Notes: generated by a model not told the origin, from the sequence alone. A stretch of DNA of 64,000 nt from Roseibacillus sp. (GCA_051251855.1 JBPOGI010000005.1:96001-160000); one strand, 5' to 3'. Positions 19,997-29,743 are shown, numbered from the stretch's first letter. Program-made: numbers and translations.

Positions 19997-21628
19997 TTAG
20001 TCCTCTTCTTTGGCTACTTTGAGGGTCTCCTCGATGGACTCGCGGGAGTTCATTACTACGGCGACGCGACCGGAGCAGGATTTCTTGAGGTCATACATGC
20101 CTTCGCCCAGCATCTCGTCGGAATCCTCAACCACGCGCTCCTGAACGGTGCGCGGCCACTCCTCGAGGCCGTCCTTGCGAGTGACCATGGCGAGGCTCAG
20201 GAGACCGACGCGGGTATGGAACTCGTCGTAGTTAACGACGCCGGCAATGTCGGAGTTATTAAGGGTGGCAGCCCAGCAGAACTTGGCGACTGGGAAGTTG
20301 GGATAGACCTCTTCTCCACCCGTAATGGACGTGATGACGAGCTTGGTGCCGGGGCCCATGAGACCACCGAGGCCTCCTTTGGGGGCGATCTGATTCATGG
20401 CTGTTTCAGCATCGGTGCCGGGCGCCAAGTGGTAACGACCTTCGCAGCGGGGGTCATCACTTTCTTCCACTTCGCGAGAGAGGAAGGATTCCACCTCACC
20501 GGGATCGGACGGCGGGAGCATCATTCTCGCGATCTGGTGGGGACTGGTGCACATCTCGATGACGAGGTCGAAGCGCTTGCGGGTGGGTTGCTCCATGAGC
20601 GGGGAGAGGTTGTAAACCTTGCGTACCCAGGGCTTGTCGCCTTCCTTTTCTGGGGGCTCCACGATTTCGATATAGGGCAGGCCCATGTCCTCGAAGCTTT
20701 CGTATTGGATGCCGAGAGGCTTAACGGCATCCGCTTTCAGTAGGCCGGGTTTGTAAGGAGTGCGCGCATAGTAAAACACTTCGGCCTTGGCTGGCTTCTT
20801 GGGCGGAAGGCCAGCCATCTCGCGGCGGGTCTCAGGGTAGGGTCGATCAAGGTAGTTGTCGGGTAGCTCACCGGTGGCCATGGCTTCGAGAATGTTCTCA
20901 GGCCATTCCGAAAAAATGGGTCCGTCGATGGAGGCGATGCCCCCGGCACCGATGACGGCAATGGCCGGCGGACCTTCGTTTGTTTCCTCAAGAAATCCGG
21001 GATCACTCCACCAGCGGTCGATGGCGGTCATGAAGGCGTTGGCACCAATCGACAAGGGTTCGCCCATGCTGGCATACTCCGGCTCCAGTCCGTCTGGAAT
21101 CTTAATAACCTGGCGTTGGTCGAGCACCGAGTATTGGCAGAACCAGCCCGGGGCTCGGAAAATCCCGTGCTCTTCCATGTCGGCCGGCTCGTATTGCCAG
21201 TTGAGGCAGCGGTGGCTCATATTGGCCTGGCACATGATGCACTCGGTGGACTTCATCCCCTCGCGGACCTTGAGACTGGCCCAATCGCCGATTTCGACCC
21301 GGTCGACTTTCTCGCCGACTGCAATGACGACAGCGCCGGCCTCATGACCGTTGAGCACGAGACCATCGCCGTCCTCGTCGGTGAAACCGATGGTGGGCGC
21401 GCCATGGCCGGCGTTGGTGCCGAGCTCGATATCGGTGTCACAAATCTGGGTTGTGTAGACCATGCACAGGACTTCCTCGGGACCGAGTTCCTTGGGCAGT
21501 GGGAGCTCAGATTCGGGGACTCTGATGATCTGCCGCTTCTGGCCGGGCTTGATGGGCTTCAGGGAGATGGCGAGGGCGCTTTGGAAGTCCTTGCCTCCAT
21601 AGAGTTTGGGGTCGATCGGTTTGTTCAT
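19997..21628 (-). CDS. Zn-dependent MDR dehydrogenase, glucose 1-dehydrogenase-like, enlarged (543 aa)
   Basis: ICDTD, GHE, CxxC...C, EPLSI, IGAGGIA, AGVVN; ATG 21628 avoids overlap with the lactonase. Confidence 0.75.
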   Translation of the reverse strand: MNKPIDPKLYGGKDFQSALAISLKPIKPGQKRQIIRVPESELPLPKELGPEEVLCMVYTTQICDTDIELGTNAGHGAPTIGFTDEDGDGLVLNGHEAGAVVIAVGEKVDRVEIGDWASLKVREGMKSTECIMCQANMSHRCLNWQYEPADMEEHGIFRAPGWFCQYSVLDQRQVIKIPDGLEPEYASMGEPLSIGANAFMTAIDRWWSDPGFLEETNEGPPAIAVIGAGGIASIDGPIFSEWPENILEAMATGELPDNYLDRPYPETRREMAGLPPKKPAKAEVFYYARTPYKPGLLKADAVKPLGIQYESFEDMGLPYIEIVEPPEKEGDKPWVRKVYNLSPLMEQPTRKRFDLVIEMCTSPHQIARMMLPPSDPGEVESFLSREVEESDDPRCEGRYHLAPGTDAETAMNQIAPKGGLGGLMGPGTKLVITSITGGEEVYPNFPVAKFCWAATLNNSDIAGVVNYDEFHTRVGLLSLAMVTRKDGLEEWPRTVQERVVEDSDEMLGEGMYDLKKSCSGRVAVVMNSRESIEETLKVAKEED

Positions 21629-21683
21629 GTGCTGGTCTGACGTGCGTTGCTGCGTCCGGGTTGAAAAGTGGTTCTGAGGTTTT

Positions 21684-22745
21684 TTAGAAAGCGATACAGG
21701 CGGGCGAGTTGCACTCATGCAAACGCAAGGAGTTTTCATCGACACGGCCGGTGTTGGGGTCAAGGGCGAATACGGAAATGGTTTCGGAATCCTGATTCCC
21801 AATCACAAGCCACGCACCGCCCGGAGCAAGTGCGAAGTCGCGTGGCGTCTTGCCGCCGCAGGGGAAGCATTGTTCCTGCTCGAGGCTGCCGTCACCACCA
21901 ACAGTGAAGACGGTGATGGTGTCGCTGAAGCGATTACTGACGTAGAGGGCTTTACCGGAAGGGTGGATGCGAATGCCAGCGGCGGCTGGTTCCACGCCCG
22001 GCGCAGCCTCGACTGTGTCGTGCTCGGCCACGATGGCCATCTCTCCCGAGGCCGGGTCGATGCTGACTGCAAGCAAGGTGCAGGTCAGTTCGCAAAGAAC
22101 GTAGGCGATGGGCAGGGTAGGGTGGAAAGACAGGTGACGGGGTCCGCTGCCAGCCGGGGTCTGCAGACTGCCGATGGGCGCTCCAAAATTGTTCGCCTCG
22201 TGCTGCCAGACCCGATCCGCTCCCAGATCACACGCATAGATCCATTTGCCACAGGGGGAGGGGAGCACTTGGTGCGCATGCGGAGCCTCTTGACGCGCTT
22301 CGTTGGGTCCTGTTCCCTCATACTTGGCTACGATACCATCGCCCACCTGATCACCGTCGACGGAATGGGCTGAGATGCAGCCACCCATGTAGGAAGCGAC
22401 GTAGACCATGTCTCCGGTGCGGACGACGTGACAGCTCGCGGCGCCTTTGGTGGAGGTTTCCGACACGATGGACAACTGCCCGCCTTCATCCCTAATGGCG
22501 TAAAGAGTGCCGTCCTCGTCAGTCTCGGAAACCGCATAAATCAAGCCCGTCGCCGCCTCGGCATGAACAAAGGTTGGATTGACGATGTCAGGCAGAAGGC
22601 CACGGCGGTAAAGACCACCATTGGCGAGGTCAAAATCGTAGCCATAAACTCCCTCACCGCATCCGTTCGGCACGTGGCCTTCGGGTTGGGTGTAACTGCC
22701 AATATAGAGACGTGCGACTTCGGTTTCACTCACGCAGCGAATCAT
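21684..22745 (-). CDS. Lactonase, 6-phosphogluconolactonase (Pgl/YbhE) beta-propeller family
   Basis: LYIGSYT, RQEAPHAHQ, DLGAD, GSGPRH, LYVSNR, GKTPRDF, NQDS. Confidence 0.92.
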   Translation of the reverse strand: MIRCVSETEVARLYIGSYTQPEGHVPNGCGEGVYGYDFDLANGGLYRRGLLPDIVNPTFVHAEAATGLIYAVSETDEDGTLYAIRDEGGQLSIVSETSTKGAASCHVVRTGDMVYVASYMGGCISAHSVDGDQVGDGIVAKYEGTGPNEARQEAPHAHQVLPSPCGKWIYACDLGADRVWQHEANNFGAPIGSLQTPAGSGPRHLSFHPTLPIAYVLCELTCTLLAVSIDPASGEMAIVAEHDTVEAAPGVEPAAAGIRIHPSGKALYVSNRFSDTITVFTVGGDGSLEQEQCFPCGGKTPRDFALAPGGAWLVIGNQDSETISVFALDPNTGRVDENSLRLHECNSPACIAF

Positions 22746-22777
22746 GGATCCGGAAAATGTCTTTTTCGACTGAAATA

Positions 22778-22819
22778 CTCAATAATTTGTCTGTTCAGCT
22801 ACGACGGTCCTACCACGAC
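22778..22819 (+). repeat. Decayed solo right end of the Y1 transposase element
   Basis: ctcaataatttgtctgttcagctacgac-g-gtcctaccacgac versus consensus ctcaataatttgtctgtccaactacgac-g-gtccaactacgac. Confidence 0.85.
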
Positions 22820-22860
22820 TGCGTTTCCTAGGGATAGGTCATTGTAAGAGATTGCGGGTT

Positions 22861-23322
22861 CTATTCTTTTGGGATGAAGGCTGGAATCACTTTGCCCGCG
22901 TCTCCACTTGGCCAGACAGCTCCTTCCGCGATCCATGTCTTAAGCAGTTCAATTTCTTGGGGAGTGAGGCGGTGGCTGACTGGGGGCATGGCCTTGTCTG
23001 CGGCAGGGTCTTCCTGAATGACGGTGAGGAGTCGGCTCAGGCTGGGCTTGCCCGGAACGATCATTCCGCTTTGTAAAGCCTGCTCACCGGTCTCGAAGTT
23101 GGGGCGATTGGGGAGAGTCTCAGCATTGTGGCAGATGGTGCACTTGTTGGCCAAGATCGGCTTGATGCTCTTCGTGAAGTTGACTCTGTTTTCTGTGTCC
23201 GAAGCCACTTGTTTCGTGCCGGCATCCACAGGAGATTTCACGGTTGTTTCATCGGGAGGGGTGCAAGTGGTTAATGCGGTGCCTAAGGCGCTGGCTCCTA
23301 GGAGAATTAGAATCTGCTTCAT
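22861..23322 (-). CDS. Planctomycete-type c-cytochrome domain protein
   Basis: Signal-like N-terminus from ATG 23322; F...IKPILANKCTICH, IVPGKP..SRL, MPP...L...EI..LK.WI..GA. Confidence 0.8.
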   Translation of the reverse strand: MKQILILLGASALGTALTTCTPPDETTVKSPVDAGTKQVASDTENRVNFTKSIKPILANKCTICHNAETLPNRPNFETGEQALQSGMIVPGKPSLSRLLTVIQEDPAADKAMPPVSHRLTPQEIELLKTWIAEGAVWPSGDAGKVIPAFIPKE

Positions 23323-23712
23323 CGTCTCGACTATGAGAAAATTATGGTGGATGTGCTCGCCCTCAGTTGTGATTTCCTTCTCGTATTTTGCGATGGTTTG
23401 GCCGAGGCACATTGGTCGTTTTCTCGTTGAGGGCAGCGCACATGGCTCGTTTTTCGAGAACGAGTCATTTGTGGAGGGGCTCTCTGCTCTACTTTCCTAA
23501 AGACGACTAAGACGTGACCTAATGGTGACGTTTGAGTTGAACGGGGTTTTGGAACTTAGGGTGAGGAAAACGTGTGAGTGATAGGGGAGAGGTGTTGCTC
23601 GGACTTCTTGGGATAGGTCGAAACGAAGGGAAGAGTGCAAAGGCTTCATCTTTTTTTCATTCCAAAGACTGCCAGTTGCTGAAAGGCGATCATCTGCTAC
23701 TTTGAAGTCGTT

Positions 23713-24153
23713 ATGAGTAAAGAAACAGTAATTGAAGCCCTTCGTCAGGTAGTAGCAGATTCCTATGCCCTCTTGGGACAAACTCACCTTTGTCACTGGA
23801 ATGTCCGTGGGCCTGGTTTTTTCGCCCTGCACACTGCCTTTGAGGAGCAATACACTGAGCTTTTTACGGCTGTTGACGAATTGGCAGAACGAGTGAGGGC
23901 TCTCGGTGCGTTGGCTCCTGGTGGATTGAGCAATCTAGCGAAAATCTCGGGGATGGTAGAAATCGCGGAAGATACACCCGCAGACGCAATGGTAGCTCAC
24001 TTGGCAAAGGCGAATCGTAAAGTGATTGCCAGTTTAGGCGAAGCACGCAAGGCTGCTTCCGAGGCCGGCGACGATGAAACCGAAGACTTGATGATTGCTC
24101 GGACCCAAATTCACGAGAAATACGTTTGGATGCTGGAAGCCTATCTCGCGTAG
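23713..24153 (+). CDS. dps: Dps DNA starvation/stationary phase protection protein
   Basis: HWNVRGPGFFALHTAFEEQY, DELAER, HEKYVWML. Confidence 0.95.
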   Translation: MSKETVIEALRQVVADSYALLGQTHLCHWNVRGPGFFALHTAFEEQYTELFTAVDELAERVRALGALAPGGLSNLAKISGMVEIAEDTPADAMVAHLAKANRKVIASLGEARKAASEAGDDETEDLMIARTQIHEKYVWMLEAYLA

Positions 24154-24239
24154 CCGAGGGCAAAGCTTTTTTCAGACCTTGGTCGGAGAGCCTAACCTTA
24201 CCGAAAATTCTCGGCCCGTGGTGTGACCAAGAATGGTCG

Positions 24240-24893
24240 CTAGATTGAAAAGTCACTGACGCTATAGAGTTGCTTTTTAATCGGGGAAAGGGTGCCTCGT
24301 GGCCTGCGGACGCCGGTGGTTATATTAGGTCCAAGGAAAGGTTCGGAGCCGTGGTAGAGAGAATCCACGAAGACTTTGCTTCCAATCAGCACTCCATCCG
24401 AAAAGTATCGAATGCGATGTCGAATGGCCTTTGGAATCGCCAAGTCGCCTTCTGTAGTATTGCTGGTGTTCTCGTCAAGGGCAGCGAGTTCGTTTTTTGC
24501 CTTATCCTTGCTCACTCCCTTCTTTACGACCTTGGCATTGAGAACCACCTCTTGTCCCGCTCTCAGCAGCAGCTTGCGATACTCCTTCCCAGTCCCGCCC
24601 TGAGCCCAAGTGCGTGTTCACTGGTCACTTTTGTATTCGAGGTTGAGCGTTGGCTGCTGGACTTACCCAAAGCCCTCGCCAAACCCGCTCGTGCATTCTT
24701 CCCACAACCCAACGCTTCGCCATAACTCGAACAACGATACTCCGCTAGGTCCTCGATAATACCTGCTCGCACCGGATTAAATCAATACAGGCTGCTACCG
24801 TGCGAGACGTCGTGCCGTCCTCCACAATCACACTCTTAAACCTTCCCTCCCAAAGTCGCCCCGACCGATTCTGACTACGATTGAACCAACGGG
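24240..24893 (-). pseudogene. Frameshifted 3' half of the Y1 transposase
   Basis: Homologous to 26877-27553 (WFNRSQNRSGRLWEGRFKSV; HRIRYFSDGV) but split across ORFs 24563..24772 and 24240..24548. Confidence 0.9.
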
Positions 24894-25076
24894 AACACTA
24901 GCGGCTATGCTGCTTTTAGCAATGCAACTTCGGAGGAGAAGTAGCTCAGAAAGAACTGGGTGAACTTTGTGAAATTGCGAAGTGAACTCGAGCTACAAAG
25001 TGACCCATCCGTCAATCGGCATTTGGAGGCAGAAGAAGCCCTCTTCAAGCCGATTGCCGATTGCCGATTGCAGTTT

Positions 25077-26567
25077 CTAGTTTGAAGGCAGAATGACGGT
25101 GACCTTGAGGCGATACGAGTTGGATGAGGCATTGTCTTGATGAAGCAGCGTTTGCTCTCCGTTGACCCCAGCGATAGGTTCTCCGACAGGTTGCCAATCT
25201 AGAAGGTTATCGCTTTTTTCTAACTGGTAGGAGAGTTCTTCTTGTCCGTCCCAAGTCAGCTTGATCGTCCTTTCGGTAGTGTGATCGAGTAATTCGATCT
25301 GGGGCTCGGGGAGATGGAGCGCTCTCATGGTGAAATCTGCGGTGGAATCAAACCCGAGTCTCACCGGAAAAGCCTGGCCCTGACTCCCATCGCCGATGCC
25401 ATCGATGTCGGTAATGGCAAATGAGCTGACTCCAAGTCCGTCGGATTGGAGCAGCGAGTATCCACTGGAGACGGGGACGATCTCTTCAGCTGTCGGCGTT
25501 GTGATACGAAACTTTCCATCCGAATCGATCCCGATGGGAAGTTGTAGGATTTCAGTGGCTCTGGCCGAGTTAGTCAACGTGTAGAGGTAACCAAAGGCCA
25601 CGGGGGGATCATACCAGAAGCCACCTTCTTGTTGGAAAAACTCGAACAACCCCGAGGTATCAATTGAGCCTGGAAGGATAGGACTAAGTTGAGTTCCACC
25701 AATGGCATCGCTGTAGACGTGAAATGAATGGGCATCGAGAGTTGTTGTTGTTTGGCTTCCAAGGCCGGCTTCTACCCGAGTCATGGCAAAATCGACTTCC
25801 CAAACTCCCGTGGAAGCTGAAGTGTCAAAAGGGATGGAGAAAACAAAGCTTCCTCTTGCAGCTGATGAACTGGGACTGAGTTGACCTCCAGGTTGGTGAT
25901 TTGGACCCGTTCCGAAAGGGCCTCCAATTCCAATATTTTGGCCGATCACGATGGGTGCCTCGATGTCGGACGGAGGGCGCAAACGGATGGTGCATTCGGG
26001 GATCTGACCTGTCCCGTTCAGTGGGAGGATGTAAGAATAGTGAACTTCGACTCGCAAGGTTTGGCTCTGGGAACTCACATCCATCCCTCCGCCATCGACA
26101 TCCACTCGGGTTCCGAGAACACCAAAGGGACCAAAGGATGAAAGGGTCGCTTGAGCGATTGACCCTGTGGAAAACTGTCGGGTGGTGTTGGGTTGACCGA
26201 CGGTAATTTCCTCGCCGTCTAAGGTCACGTATCGAAGAATGGCAAAGTATTGCCCTAAAACGGTCGCTTCCGAGCGAAGCCGATAAACACCATCGTAGGC
26301 ATCTCCCGAGACAAAGTTCGCTCCGTGAGGAGCAAAGTAGATGGCGACAGGATCGACTTGACCGTTGATTTCGATTAAATCAACGACTCCATAGAGGATG
26401 CCTTTGGTGGAGATCAGCTCGAGATCGACATCCACTCCGGTTGTGAGAGGCTGGCCATTGAGGGTAATTTTTGCGCTATCCATTGGGATGATTGCAGAGG
26501 CCTCTGTTTGGAGAATAAGCAATGCGGCGAGGAGTTTTAAAAAGTGGGGGACGGGGCTTTTTTTCAT
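25077..26567 (-). CDS. Secreted hypothetical protein
   Basis: 496 aa; signal peptide; C-terminal YQLEKSDNLLDW...SYRLKV domain. Confidence 0.75.
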   Translation of the reverse strand: MKKSPVPHFLKLLAALLILQTEASAIIPMDSAKITLNGQPLTTGVDVDLELISTKGILYGVVDLIEINGQVDPVAIYFAPHGANFVSGDAYDGVYRLRSEATVLGQYFAILRYVTLDGEEITVGQPNTTRQFSTGSIAQATLSSFGPFGVLGTRVDVDGGGMDVSSQSQTLRVEVHYSYILPLNGTGQIPECTIRLRPPSDIEAPIVIGQNIGIGGPFGTGPNHQPGGQLSPSSSAARGSFVFSIPFDTSASTGVWEVDFAMTRVEAGLGSQTTTTLDAHSFHVYSDAIGGTQLSPILPGSIDTSGLFEFFQQEGGFWYDPPVAFGYLYTLTNSARATEILQLPIGIDSDGKFRITTPTAEEIVPVSSGYSLLQSDGLGVSSFAITDIDGIGDGSQGQAFPVRLGFDSTADFTMRALHLPEPQIELLDHTTERTIKLTWDGQEELSYQLEKSDNLLDWQPVGEPIAGVNGEQTLLHQDNASSNSYRLKVTVILPSN

Positions 26568-26709
26568 AACGATGATGGTGGGCGGATTAATCGACTCACC
26601 CCTTTAATCGTGAACATACGCGTCCGTTTTCAAAAAAGGCAAAATCCTCACATTCTGTGGAGCGAAAATTGGAGGGGAATGCTCTTCTTCCTCACACGAT
26701 CACAGAATC

Positions 26710-28167
26710 TCTTAAAAGGGGACAGACACCTTAAAATCATTACAATCGTGTCTGGGCCAATGGGGGAGGCCTTAAAAAACAGTCGGCAACAGTGGGGAAA
26801 ACTCCACGCGAAAGTCTTCCTTTAGCACGATGAATTAGTTTGTTTTGCGGCTTCAAAATTTGGGCCGCGAGATTCTTCACGGGTTTTGAAAGTCCCGGAC
26901 CGTGGAAAGTTGGTTCTTGAGAGGGGAGAGGGCGCCTCGGGGTCTGCGGGCGCCGGTGGTTCGTTTGGGTCCAAAGCGATGTTTGGATTTGTGGAAGAAA
27001 GAATCCACGAAATCTTTGCTTCCAATCACCACTCCATCTGAAAAGTAACGAATACGATGCTGAATGACCTTCGAGATGGCCAAGTCACTTTTGTTTTTGT
27101 CGTGTGCACTTTGACCCTTTCTCTGATTGAGCGTTGCGAGTTCGCTTTCCGCTTTCTCTTTGGACATGCCCTTCTTCACCACCTTGGCATTGAGAACGAC
27201 CTCTTGTCCCGCCATTAGAAGCAGTTTGCGATACTCCTTCCCAACCCGCCCCTGAGCCCAAGCCCGTGCCGCACTTTTAACTTCAATGTTCGACGTTGAA
27301 CGTTGGGCGTTTGATGTTCCCGAACCCAAAGCTCTCACCAACCCCGCCCGCGCCTTCTTCCCTCCGCCCATCGCCTCGCCGTAGCTCGACCAACGATACT
27401 CCGCTGGGTCCTCCACAATACCGGCGCGCACCGGATTCAAATCAATGTAAGCCGCCACCGTGCGAGAAGCGGTGCCGTCCTCCACAATCACACTCTTGAA
27501 CCGCTCCTCCCAAAGCCTTCCCGACCGATCCTGACTGCGATTGAACCAACGGGTAAAGCGCTGCAGGAGGTTCTTCATGAACTGGCTCAAATCGTTCATG
27601 CGATACGTGTAACGCTCAAAAACACGGGAGACCTCCGCCCAATGTCCGGCCTCGCTAGCCCGCGATAGTTCCTTCTCAATCTCACCAATCGCAGCATCCG
27701 AATAGAGCGCTTTGAGCCGTTGAAAAAACTCCTTCTCCTCCAAAACAATTCCCACCTCCGGCAAGTCAGCAGGGGACACCCCCGGACCCAACTCCTTCGC
27801 GCGTTCCTCCTGAGCCCGCAAAGCCGAACTCAACTCCACCTCACGCCCATCCCGCAACCTCACCGCCCGAATCATCGGAGCCACCTCCAGCAGAATGTGA
27901 AAGTGATTCGACATCACGCAATAGGACAACACCTGACACCCCGAAAACCCCTCCACCATCCGCATGAACATGCGAAACTTCTCCTTCTCTTCATCCCCAA
28001 AGGCGAACCTCCGATCAACCACGCGATTGATCACATGATAAATCGCCGGGGAATGAGGGTCATCCTTCCAAGGAGCCAGCCACCGTGGTTGAGCCATGAG
28101 GGGAGCTTGAGATGGGGGAATCGCCGTGACAAGAGCTTTCTCAATAATTTGTCTGTCCAACTACGAC
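26710..28167 (-). mobile_element. TIRYT/RAYT-like element, apparently complete copy
   Basis: Left end TCTTAAAAGGGGACAGACACCTT (26710-26732); right end TGTCTGTCCAACTACGAC; inverted core GGACAGACA; transposase gene between them. Confidence 0.7.
26877..28097 (-). CDS. HUH Y1 tyrosine transposase (RAYT/TIRYT-like), copy 1
   Basis: YHVINR, YCVMSNHFHILL (HUH), GRLWEERFKS, YIDLNPVRAG, YRWSSY; likely ATG 28097. Confidence 0.9.
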   Translation of the reverse strand: MAQPRWLAPWKDDPHSPAIYHVINRVVDRRFAFGDEEKEKFRMFMRMVEGFSGCQVLSYCVMSNHFHILLEVAPMIRAVRLRDGREVELSSALRAQEERAKELGPGVSPADLPEVGIVLEEKEFFQRLKALYSDAAIGEIEKELSRASEAGHWAEVSRVFERYTYRMNDLSQFMKNLLQRFTRWFNRSQDRSGRLWEERFKSVIVEDGTASRTVAAYIDLNPVRAGIVEDPAEYRWSSYGEAMGGGKKARAGLVRALGSGTSNAQRSTSNIEVKSAARAWAQGRVGKEYRKLLLMAGQEVVLNAKVVKKGMSKEKAESELATLNQRKGQSAHDKNKSDLAISKVIQHRIRYFSDGVVIGSKDFVDSFFHKSKHRFGPKRTTGARRPRGALSPLKNQLSTVRDFQNP

Positions 28168-28231
28168 GGTCCAACTACGACGGTCCAACTACGACGCAAC
28201 TACGACGATAATTTGTCTGTCCAACTACGAC
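28141..28231 (+). repeat. Element-end micro-array, 5 x CAACTACGAC
   Basis: Units end at 28167, 28181, 28195, 28206 and 28231. Confidence 0.95.
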
Positions 28232-28247
28232 GACCACGAAGACCTGT

Positions 28248-29462
28248 CTACGGGGTTTGGAAATCTCGAATCGTGGAAAGCTGATTCTTGAGAGGAGAGA
28301 GGGCGCCCCTTGGTTTGCGGGCGCCGGTGGTTCGTTTGGGTCCGAAGCGATGTTTGGATTTGTGGAAGAAGGAATCGACGAAGTCTTTGCTTCCAATGAC
28401 CACTCCATCCGAGAAGTAGCGAATGCGATGCTGAATGACCTTCGAGATAGCCAAGTCGCTTTTGTTTTGCTCGCCCTTGTTGTTGTTCCGAGAGAGCGCT
28501 GCGAGTTCGCTCTCCGCTTTCTCCTTGGACATGCCCTTCTTCACCACCTTGGCATTGAGGACGACCTCTTGCCCCGCTCGCAGAAGCAGCTTGCGATACT
28601 CCTTCCCAATCCCTCCTTGAGCCCAGGCCCGTGCCGCACTCTTAACTTTAATATTGGAAGTTGAATATTCTGCGTTGGACGTTCCCGCTCCCAAAGCTCT
28701 CACCAACCCCGCGCGTGCCTTCTTCCCACCACCCATTGCCTCGCCATAGCTCGACCAACGATACACAGCCGGATCCTCCACAATACCGGCTCGCACCGGA
28801 TTCAAATCGATATAAGCGGCCACTGTGCGAGAAGCGGTGCCATCCTCCACAATCACACTCTTGAACCGTTCTTCCCAAAGCCGCCCCGAGCGATCCTGAC
28901 TGCGATTGAACCAGCGCGTGAACCGCTGCAGAAGGTTTTTCATGAACTGGCTCAAATCGTTCATGCGATAAGTGTAACGTTCAAAAATACGCGAGACCTC
29001 CGCCCAATGCTTTGCTTCCCGAGCACGCAAGAGTTTCTTCTCAATCTCACCAATCGCCGCATCAGAATAGAGCCCCTTCAGCCGGTGGAAAAATTCCTTC
29101 TCCTCCAAAACAATCCCCACCTCCGGCAAGTCAGCAGGGGACACCCCTGGACCCAGCTCCTTCGCGCGTTCCTCCTGAGCCCGCAAAGCCGAACTCAACT
29201 CCACCTCACGCCCATCCCTCAACCGCACCGCCCGAATCATCGGAGCCACCTCCAGGAGAATATGAAAGTGATTCGACATCACACAATAGGACAACACCTG
29301 ACACCCCGAAAAGTTCTCCACCATACGCATGAACATGCGAAACTTCTCCTTCTCTTCATCACCAAAAGCAAAGCGCCGATCAACCACGCGATTGATCACA
29401 TGATAAATCGCCGGGGAATGAGGGTCATCCTTCCAAGGAGCCAGCCACCGTGGTTGAGCCAT
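28248..29462 (-). CDS. HUH Y1 tyrosine transposase, copy 2
   Basis: Same motifs as copy 1 with many synonymous differences; likely ATG 29462. Confidence 0.9.
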   Translation of the reverse strand: MAQPRWLAPWKDDPHSPAIYHVINRVVDRRFAFGDEEKEKFRMFMRMVENFSGCQVLSYCVMSNHFHILLEVAPMIRAVRLRDGREVELSSALRAQEERAKELGPGVSPADLPEVGIVLEEKEFFHRLKGLYSDAAIGEIEKKLLRAREAKHWAEVSRIFERYTYRMNDLSQFMKNLLQRFTRWFNRSQDRSGRLWEERFKSVIVEDGTASRTVAAYIDLNPVRAGIVEDPAVYRWSSYGEAMGGGKKARAGLVRALGAGTSNAEYSTSNIKVKSAARAWAQGGIGKEYRKLLLRAGQEVVLNAKVVKKGMSKEKAESELAALSRNNNKGEQNKSDLAISKVIQHRIRYFSDGVVIGSKDFVDSFFHKSKHRFGPKRTTGARKPRGALSPLKNQLSTIRDFQTP

Positions 29463-29504
29463 GAGGGGAGCTTGAGATGGGGGAATCGCCGTGACAAGAG
29501 CTTT

Positions 29505-29543
29505 CTCAATAATTTGTCTGTCCAACTACGACGCAACTACGAC
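29505..29543 (+). repeat. Element-end micro-array, 2 x CAACTACGAC
   Basis: ctcaataatttgtctgtccaactacgac-g-caactacgac. Confidence 0.95.
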
Positions 29544-29648
29544 GTCCCCAAAAGCAAAGCGTCGATCGACCACACGATTGATCACATGATAAATCGCCGG
29601 GGATTGAGGGTCATCCTTCCAAGGAGCCAGCCACCGTGGTTGAGCCAT
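29544..29648 (-). pseudogene. Truncated 5' fragment of the Y1 transposase, copy 3
   Basis: MAQPRWLAPW...RRFAFGD, then an abrupt switch into the end array of copy 2. Confidence 0.9.
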
Positions 29649-29690
29649 GAGAGGAGCTTGAGATGGGGGAATCGCCGTGACAAGAGCTTT

Positions 29691-29743
29691 CTCAATAATT
29701 TGTCTGTCCAACTACGACAGTCCAACTACGACACAACTACGAC
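29691..29743 (+). repeat. Element-end micro-array, 3 x CAACTACGAC
   Basis: ...gtccaactacgac-a-gtccaactacgac-a-caactacgac-attgagg. Confidence 0.95.

Noticed and set aside
21629..21802. N-terminal extension of the dehydrogenase ORF
   Set aside because: Overlaps the lactonase 3' end; ATG 21628 preferred
28098..29711. TTG starts giving MDRQIIEK... N-termini (also ORF 31170..31439)
   Set aside because: The TTG lies inside the terminal repeat; the ATG of MAQPRW is more plausible and the 31170 ORF is a chimera
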